IMG/VR virus record: IMGVR_UViG_3300045988_113183
Reading direction: 5' to 3' (one strand)
Length of the DNA stretch: 51,494 nt
DNA from: a virus
Part shown: in pieces, positions 1 through 5,040 of the stretch
How positions within the stretch are numbered: the first letter of the stretch is position 1
How the letters are laid out: the number at the start of each line of letters is the position of its first letter
Notes under the pieces: model-generated
Databases searched by the model: none
Told to the model about the DNA's origin: nothing
The model's input: the letters and a program-made list of their open reading frames with translations, nothing else
Made by a program: the position numbers and the translations under genes

Positions 1-141
1 ATTGCAAAGAGATCGTTGGCACACTCACCCCCATCTTTGGGAAGCTGATGCCCATGATGCAGAAAAAGCAACAGGCCGAGGTGGATACCTTGACCCGCGT
101 TAGAAACCGCCTGGCAGAGCTGCTGGACGAGTAAACCGCCC
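1..141. repeat. Terminal direct repeat, identical to 51354-51494 (circular-assembly overlap). Nt 1-134 duplicate the 3' end of CDS 51260-51487.
   Basis: Base-by-base comparison of both window ends shows 141/141 identity. The repeat cuts through a gene. Confidence 0.95.
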
Positions 142-165
142 GCATGGGCAAAAGTGAGGGAGTAT

Positions 166-702
166 ATGGAACGGATTAGAGCGTGGAGAGCTGACGAGCC
201 TGAAAAGAAGCCGGATTCGGCAGCAGAGGTAAAGGCATGGTTCCGCCGGTGCCGCAGCCTTGCTGAAGCTGTTAACATCCAGAGGAACAAGGTGCAGAGC
301 CAGAGAGATTCCGCCACGAGAGTGACCCAGAATCTCAGCGGGATGCCCATGACCTCAGGCAACGGGGACAAAATCCTTGATGCTGTGTGCCGGGCAGATT
401 CTGAGGCGCGAGAGCTGGGTCGGATGGAAACTGAGCTTGCCAAGTACCGGCTGGAAGCCATCAGCAGGACGTTTTGCATCGTCTATGCCGAAGATGGGCA
501 CAGCCTTCTCACGGCGGATGTTCTGAGGGTCTACTATATCGAGTGCGAGACCAAGGACGTTCACGGGCAGTTCAAGCTCAAGACCTATACCGACGTAGCC
601 TGTGAGCTGGGCGTATCTGCCTCTACCGTATCCAGCTGCCTCAAAACCGGGCTGGAAGCTCTGGCCGAGATTTGGCCTGACATCTCCAAAACCTGTGCAT
701 GA
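166..702 (+). CDS. Putative late-gene transcriptional activator (sigma-70 region-4-like HTH, ArpU/RinA-type position)
   Basis: GAGGGAG RBS upstream of ATG 166. C-terminal YTDVACELGVSASTVSSCLKTGLEAL looks like a region-4 HTH. Sits upstream of the packaging genes. Confidence 0.55.
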   Translation: MERIRAWRADEPEKKPDSAAEVKAWFRRCRSLAEAVNIQRNKVQSQRDSATRVTQNLSGMPMTSGNGDKILDAVCRADSEARELGRMETELAKYRLEAISRTFCIVYAEDGHSLLTADVLRVYYIECETKDVHGQFKLKTYTDVACELGVSASTVSSCLKTGLEALAEIWPDISKTCA

Positions 703-761
703 TGTGCAAAATGCACAATTCAAGGCTCTGCATTTTTACACCAAGCCGGTGTGCGATTGTG

Positions 762-791
762 TTGACGGTGGTGCGAAATATGCGATAGAAT
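762..791 (+). promoter_or_regulatory. Sigma-70-like promoter facing the structured RNA region
   Basis: TTGACG (762-767), 18-nt spacer, TAGAAT (786-791). Confidence 0.45.
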
Positions 792-955
792 GGCATAAGC
801 GCACCTGCGCAATGCGGTACGGCGCTTGAACACGGCAAGAGGATGTTCCGACATCCCTGAGGCTGGCGAAGCCAAAGGGCTGTAACTCCACCTCATCTAC
901 CTGCCTGTTTACTAGGCCACCGAAAGGGCGAAAGCCCCGTAGGTGGCTGTTTTAT

Positions 956-1025
956 GTGGGTGTACGAAATGACGGCTGTACAGCAGGTGCAAGCCGTGGC
1001 GGTTTGATTCCGTCCATCCGCACCA
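956..1025 (+). ncRNA. tRNA-like element lacking a D-arm, with encoded CCA
   Basis: 7-bp acceptor stem GTGGGTG/CATCCGC (two G-U pairs). T-arm GGCGG-TTTGATT-CCGTC. Discriminator A followed by CCA. The middle 35 nt form one long hairpin (ACGGCT..AGCCGT) instead of D and anticodon arms. Confidence 0.4.
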
Positions 1026-1281
1026 GAACCCGCCTCCCCCGAAGGCGGAGTGGACGCATGGCCCCATCAGCCACCGGGAGCTGACCGTGTACCCCATTGC
1101 ACGGTGAATTTCTCCTTTCAGGCTCTCTCGTGTTTTGTACGTTGTATCCTCCCAGAATAACAGCCTTTTGTACCCCGGAGGCCCCGGAACGCTCAGGCGG
1201 CCTGTCAGATTCCGCCGGTGTGTGCGTCCAAAACAAAATCCCCCTGAAGTGCCCGACCAGCACCTCAGAGGGATTATATAA

Positions 1282-1415
1282 GCCGTTGTAGCTCAAGCAG
1301 AGCGGCGGGCATTTAACCCGCGTCACATTGACGATACGCAAGAGCTGATTCTTCCCGAGCCTGTCACCGGGAAGCGGATGCCCTTGTGGTGCTGGTTCAA
1401 GTCCAGCCTTCGGCT
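1282..1415 (+). ncRNA. tRNA-like element with all four arms but a 69-nt insertion at the variable-loop position
   Basis: Acceptor GCCGTTG/CTTCGGC (two U-U mismatches). D-arm GCTC-AAGCA-GAGC. Anticodon arm GCGGG-CATTTAA-CCCGC. Insertion at 1322-1390 containing hairpin 1351-1374. T-arm GCTGG-TTCAAGT-CCAGC. Confidence 0.4.
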
Positions 1416-1423
1416 ATTTATAT

Positions 1424-1492
1424 GCCGCCCTAGCGCAAGCGGAGCGCATTTGCATGTGTAGATGCAAAGGGTTCAATTCCGAAAGGCGGCCA
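1424..1492 (+). ncRNA. Degenerate tRNA-like element
   Basis: Acceptor GCCGCC/GGCGGC. D-arm GCGC-AAGCGGA-GCGC. 7-bp stem TTTGCAT/ATGCAAA with a 6-nt loop (or a 6-bp stem with an 8-nt loop). The GGTTCAATTCC T-loop motif is present but its stem is only about 2 bp. Confidence 0.3.
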
Positions 1493-1496
1493 TTGT

Positions 1497-1572
1497 ACAG
1501 CAGTAGCTCAACTGGTAGAGCAGCGGTCTCCAAAACCGCCGGTTGATAGTTCGATTCTATTCTGCTGCGCCA
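1497..1572 (+). tRNA. tRNA-Trp (anticodon CCA), CCA end encoded
   Basis: Hand-folded cloverleaf. D-arm GCTC-AACTGGTA-GAGC. Anticodon arm GCGGT-CTCCAAA-ACCGC. T-arm GATAG-TTCGATT-CTATT. Discriminator G73 followed by CCA. Positions 1:72 are an A-C mismatch. Confidence 0.8.
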
Positions 1573-1623
1573 AAACAAGTCGGTTAAAAATCACATAGAT
1601 TCGCTTTATTTTCGTAAAATTGC

Positions 1624-1652
1624 TTTACAAAATACTCAAAAAGTAGTATAAT
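1624..1652 (+). promoter_or_regulatory. Near-consensus sigma-70 promoter (P3)
   Basis: TTTACA (1624-1629), 17-nt spacer, TATAAT (1647-1652). Shares AAGTAGTATAAT with the promoters at 31747 and 38800. Confidence 0.6.
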
Positions 1653-1703
1653 AGTAGTGTAGAGAGGAACCGCAAAAGGTTCATTCAGAAAGGAAGCGAG
1701 GAC

Positions 1704-1817
1704 ATGGACTTGAATGTAAGCGAAGCCCTTCTCAGAGCCATATTAGAGCTGATTGAGAAGTGCCAGACCCTTGATGAACTCCGTGAGAGCGTAAAGCGTA
1801 TCATGGGGGATAAGTAA
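1704..1817 (+). CDS. 37-aa helical micro-protein (MDLNVSEALLRAILELIEKCQTLDELRESVKRIMGDK), function unknown
   Basis: ATG preceded by a purine-rich GGAAGCGAGGA element that ends 2 nt upstream. Own promoter, followed by two hairpins (1824-1860 and 1871-1908). Confidence 0.5.
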   Translation: MDLNVSEALLRAILELIEKCQTLDELRESVKRIMGDK

Positions 1818-1870
1818 AAAAATCAGGCTCCCCTGAAAGCCTGCCAGCAGCGGGGAGCCTGAAAAGCGAT

Positions 1871-1908
1871 AAAGCCGCCCGGAAACTCTACTCCGGACGG
1901 CTTTATTG
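1871..1908 (+). terminator. Rho-independent terminator
   Basis: AAAGCCGCCCGGA / TCCGGACGGCTTT stem followed by a T-rich tail. Confidence 0.6.
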
Positions 1909-1986
1909 TATCATATTAGCGCAAAATTATCAATGACCCTGCCCACATCGGCGGGGTTTTATTTTTGCAAAATGGGAGGGCCTTGA

Positions 1987-2604
1987 ATGGACATTGTGAG
2001 TTTACGGCTTGATGAGCTGACCCCTTACGAAAACAACCCTCGACAGAATGATGCTGCCGTGGATGCCGTTGCCGCCTCTATCAAGCAGTTCGGCTTCAAA
2101 GTTCCCATCGTGGTGGATGCCAACAACGTCATCGTGGCCGGGCATACCCGTTTCAAAGCTGCTGCAAAGCTGGGCCTCGATACTGTGCCCTGTGTGGTAG
2201 CTGACGACCTGACCGAAGAGCAGGTCAAGGCATTCAGACTGGCAGATAACAAGGTCGGTGAGCTGGCCGAGTGGGATACCGAAAAGCTGTCTCAGGAGCT
2301 GGCCGGAATCCTCGATATTGACATGGAGCAGTTCGGCTTTAGCTCTGAGCTTGAAGAGCTGGGCGACGAGATGCTGGACAACCCCTATACCATGAAAACA
2401 AACATTCCGCAGTACGAGCCGACTGGAGAGTGTCCAAGCCTTGCAGATCTGTATGATACATCCAAAACGGATGAGTTGTTGGCTGAAATTGAAGAAGCTG
2501 ACCTGAATCCAGAAGAGAAGGGCTTTCTACTGCAAGCAGCCGGGCGACACACTGTTTTCAACTACCGCAAAATCGCAGAGTATTACGCCCATGCCTCCCC
2601 CTGA
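1987..2604 (+). CDS. ParB-like nuclease (ParB/Srx N-terminal) domain protein
   Basis: LDELTPYENNPRQN ... IVAGHTRFKAAAKLG ... FRLADNK is the typical ParBc motif set. The ORF stops at CCC-TGA (2599-2604). Confidence 0.8.
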   Translation: MDIVSLRLDELTPYENNPRQNDAAVDAVAASIKQFGFKVPIVVDANNVIVAGHTRFKAAAKLGLDTVPCVVADDLTEEQVKAFRLADNKVGELAEWDTEKLSQELAGILDIDMEQFGFSSELEELGDEMLDNPYTMKTNIPQYEPTGECPSLADLYDTSKTDELLAEIEEADLNPEEKGFLLQAAGRHTVFNYRKIAEYYAHASP

Positions 2605-2731
2605 GATGCAGGAGCTCATGGAAAAGTCTGCCCTTGTTATTATCGATGAGGGCGACGCTATCCGTAACGGTTTTGTATCTCTCTCCACTGTCGTTTCCGG
2701 CTTGATGGAAGAGGAGCAGAACGATGCGTGA
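2603..2731 (+). CDS. +1-frame continuation of the ParB-like ORF (EMQELMEKSALVIIDEGDAIRNGFVSLSTVVSGLMEEEQNDA), or a separate 42-46 codon ORF
   Basis: The frame is open from 2507. The sequence is protein-like. No RBS precedes its ATGs (2591, 2606). Its stop overlaps the GT start. Confidence 0.45.
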   Translation, partial: EMQELMEKSALVIIDEGDAIRNGFVSLSTVVSGLMEEEQNDA

Positions 2732-3605
2732 CGATTTTGCTGTGTTCATCCTGACCCACGGGAGAGCTGAGAAGGTCGTGACTGCTGAGACGCTCAAGCG
2801 CCAGAAGTATTCCGGCAAGGTCTATTTTATCATCGACAACGAAGATGATACCGCCGACCTGTACCGGGAGAAGTTTGGAGCCGAGAACGTCATCATGTTC
2901 GACAAGGCCGCTGCTGTGGCCCGTGCTGACACGATGGACAACATCTGTGAGCACCGTGCCATCCTGTATGCCCGCAACGAGAGCTTCCGTATCGCCCAAA
3001 AGCTGGGCCTGAAGTATTTTCTCATGCTGGACGATGATTACACAGACATCCTTGTGCGCTGGCCTGAGGGCAAAAAGCTCAAGGGAAAGAGCCTGACCGG
3101 CGAGAGACTGGACGGCCTGTTCGAGGCGATGCTGGATTTTCTCGATGCGTCTGGCGCTGCTATGGTAGCTCTGGCACAGGGCGGAGATATGATCGGCGGA
3201 GTTCACGGCGGCGGATATAAGATGGGCCTGAAGCGGAAGTGCATGAACAGCATGTTCTGCCGGGCTGATACCCCTGTCGAGTTCCGTGGAACTATGAACG
3301 AGGATGTCACGACCTACACCACCCTTGGCAGCCGCGGCGTTCTCTTTTTTACGTTTATGCGCTGTCAGGTGACGCAGATTCAGACGCAGAGCCTTTCCGG
3401 CGGTATGACTGAGGCGTACAAGGAGAGCGGGACTTACACCAAATCCTTCTACTCCGTCATGTCCATGCCCTCCTGCATCAAGGTGGGAGAGATGGGCGGA
3501 AGCCACCGCCGGATTCACCACTCTATCAATTGGGACTGCTGCGTCCCGAAGATTCTGAACGAAAAATACAGAAAGGAGCGAGAAGATGCAGAACATCGCA
3601 AGTGA
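2724..3605 (+). CDS. GT-A-like glycosyltransferase (DxD-type), possibly of the phage DNA-base glycosyltransferase (TET-associated GT-like) kind
   Basis: N-terminal beta-strand followed by HGR (FAVFILTHGR). YFIIDNEDD and FLMLDDDY acidic motifs. Start overlaps the upstream ORF and stop overlaps the radical-SAM start. Confidence 0.5.
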   Translation: MRDDFAVFILTHGRAEKVVTAETLKRQKYSGKVYFIIDNEDDTADLYREKFGAENVIMFDKAAAVARADTMDNICEHRAILYARNESFRIAQKLGLKYFLMLDDDYTDILVRWPEGKKLKGKSLTGERLDGLFEAMLDFLDASGAAMVALAQGGDMIGGVHGGGYKMGLKRKCMNSMFCRADTPVEFRGTMNEDVTTYTTLGSRGVLFFTFMRCQVTQIQTQSLSGGMTEAYKESGTYTKSFYSVMSMPSCIKVGEMGGSHRRIHHSINWDCCVPKILNEKYRKEREDAEHRK

Positions 3606-4545
3606 CAAGATGATGGCCCACATTGACCGCATTGCAGGAAACCGACTGCCTATCACGGCAGATATCTTCCTGAACAACTTCTGCAACAACCGCTGCCCCT
3701 ACTGCACATACGGACGTTGGGAGCTTGACCCTGACGCTCATGCCATGGCGTACGAGGATTTTGTACGCTACGCCATGAAGCTGCTGGAGCTGGGAGTCGA
3801 GGGCTTCATTCTCACCGGCGGCGGAGAGCCTACTATCTCCCCTGATTTTGACCGTATTACCGAGTGGCTGGATAAGAACGAGCTGCACTATGGAATCAAC
3901 ACCAACTTCAACGCTATTCGCTTTCCGAAGCCCGATTACCTGAAAGTCAGCCTTGACGGATGGGATGAGGACAGCTATGAGCAGCGCCGGGGCGTGAGAT
4001 GCTACAACAAGGTTGTGGACAATATCCGTGACTATGCTTTCTGGAAGCGCAAGCACAGCCCCAAAACGTCTTTGGGCATTCAGTGTGTTGTTTCCTCTGC
4101 CGATGATGTAAAGCGATTCTACGGGGCGAATAAGAGCCTCCCCGTGGATTATATCTCGTTCCGGCCCATTGAAAGCACCGCCGGGAAAGCCTATGATACT
4201 GGAACCGCCAAGGCACAGGCTCGTGAAGCTGTGGCTGCCATTAAAGCTCTGGCCGCTGCTGACCACCGTGTCGTCCTCAATTTCAAGTGGGAGATGCTGG
4301 ACTGGCAGGAGCCGACCTGTACCGCCTCGTGGGCACAGATTGCCCTGAACGAAAAGGGCGAGGTCATGTACTGCTGCCACAAGCCGTATCAGATCGTGGG
4401 CCACATCCTCGACCCTGATATTTTGGAGAAGAAAAACCGGGCCACCACCGACATGAGCGGGTGCGATATCCCCTGCCGGATGACTGGCCCAAACGCTGCT
4501 GTCCGTGAGCTGATGACCGAACGGAAAGACGCTTGCTTCATCTGA
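3586..4545 (+). CDS. Radical SAM enzyme with C-terminal Cys-rich (auxiliary-cluster-like) region
   Basis: CNNRCPYC (CX3CX2C) motif, ILTGGGEPT motif, and C-terminal CCHKP and GCDIPC cysteines. AGGAG RBS. Confidence 0.8.
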   Translation: MQNIASDKMMAHIDRIAGNRLPITADIFLNNFCNNRCPYCTYGRWELDPDAHAMAYEDFVRYAMKLLELGVEGFILTGGGEPTISPDFDRITEWLDKNELHYGINTNFNAIRFPKPDYLKVSLDGWDEDSYEQRRGVRCYNKVVDNIRDYAFWKRKHSPKTSLGIQCVVSSADDVKRFYGANKSLPVDYISFRPIESTAGKAYDTGTAKAQAREAVAAIKALAAADHRVVLNFKWEMLDWQEPTCTASWAQIALNEKGEVMYCCHKPYQIVGHILDPDILEKKNRATTDMSGCDIPCRMTGPNAAVRELMTERKDACFI

Positions 4546-4578
4546 GCCTCCCCAAACGAGAAAGAGAGAGGTGGTGAC

Positions 4579-5040
4579 GTGCCGAACGAGAAGAATCTGG
4601 TCTCGCTTGCTGACCGAACAACGAGCGAACAACGAGAGATCGCCCAGAAGGGCGGCGTTGCCTCCGGGGAAGCACGTCGCCGAAAAAGAACCTTGAAAGC
4701 TGCCACCAAAGCCCTACTCGAAACCCCGGTCAAGAGTAAAGAGCTGCAGCAGAAGATGGAGCTTCTCGGCGTGTCTGCTGAGGATGCGGACTACATGACA
4801 GCTGTGGCCGTGGCCATGGTCACACAGGCCATGAAGGGAAATGTCAAAGCTGCTGCCTTTTGCCGTGACCTTATCGGCGAGAATCCTGACAAGAAATATC
4901 GGGATGCCGAACTCAAGCTTGCCCGGGAGAAGTTCGAGCGGGAGAAAGTGGACGACAGCAGCAAATCCTCTCTGGCCGATACCATTCAAGGTGCATACGC
5001 CCGCCGGAAAGAGCAGGAGAAGAACGGAGGCGACGGATGA
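4579..5040 (+). CDS. terS: Terminase small subunit
   Basis: GTG start after a GAGGTGG RBS. KGNVKAAAFCRDLIGE motif is typical of P27-type small terminases. Lies directly upstream of terL. Confidence 0.75.
   Translation: MPNEKNLVSLADRTTSEQREIAQKGGVASGEARRRKRTLKAATKALLETPVKSKELQQKMELLGVSAEDADYMTAVAVAMVTQAMKGNVKAAAFCRDLIGENPDKKYRDAELKLAREKFEREKVDDSSKSSLADTIQGAYARRKEQEKNGGDG

Larger units (their letters stand above)
798..1496 (+). ncRNA. ~700-nt non-coding, highly structured RNA region (candidate large ornate phage ncRNA, ROOL/GOLLD-like, and/or array of tRNA-like elements)
   Basis: No + strand ORF with coding-like composition. Promoter upstream and tRNA immediately downstream. Many hairpins: 841-856 (UCCG loop), 916-947 (nested GGGC-GAAA-GCCC), 1030-1048, 1084-1105, 1196-1216, 1351-1374. 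Confidence 0.5.

Noticed and set aside
1-141. The 141-nt terminal repeat as a biological direct terminal repeat of the virion DNA.
   Set aside because: It cuts a gene in the middle and equals a common assembler k-mer length. An assembly overlap of a circular or circularly permuted genome is more parsimonious. It remains testable with read-start analysis.
602-1341. ORFs in the track between the late regulator and the tRNA: 602-829 (+), 641-838 (-), 912-1097 (-), 952-1341 (-) and 1097-1291 (+).
   Set aside because: They have no RBS. Their translations are low-complexity and Arg/Pro/Cys-rich. They overlap a promoter and the hairpin and tRNA-like elements. The region is better explained as non-coding RNA.
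1196-1374. The GCCTGTC motif of the DGR hairpin loops and IMH region also occurs in two hairpins of the structured RNA region. At 1196-1216 it reads GGCGGCCTGTCAGATTCCGCC, sharing CGGCCTGTC and GCCGGT with the TR 3' end. At 1351-1374 it reads CTTCCCGAGCCTGTCACCGGGAAG. This hints at a link between that RNA and the DGR.
   Set aside because: A 6-7-mer is expected by chance several times in 51 kb of GC-rich sequence. No adjacent VR-like or TR-like adenine-variable tract exists there. I noted it as a curiosity but it is not enough evidence for a functional link.
1497-1572. Possibility that the phage uses a recoded stop codon (suppressor tRNA, TGA or TAG reassignment), given the tRNA cluster and the CCC-TGA site.
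   Set aside because: All large genes (tape measure, helicase-MTase, portal, terL and others) are uninterrupted under the standard code. The only canonical tRNA has anticodon CCA (Trp), not UCA, CUA or UUA. None of the tRNA-like elements shows a clean suppressor anticodon loop.
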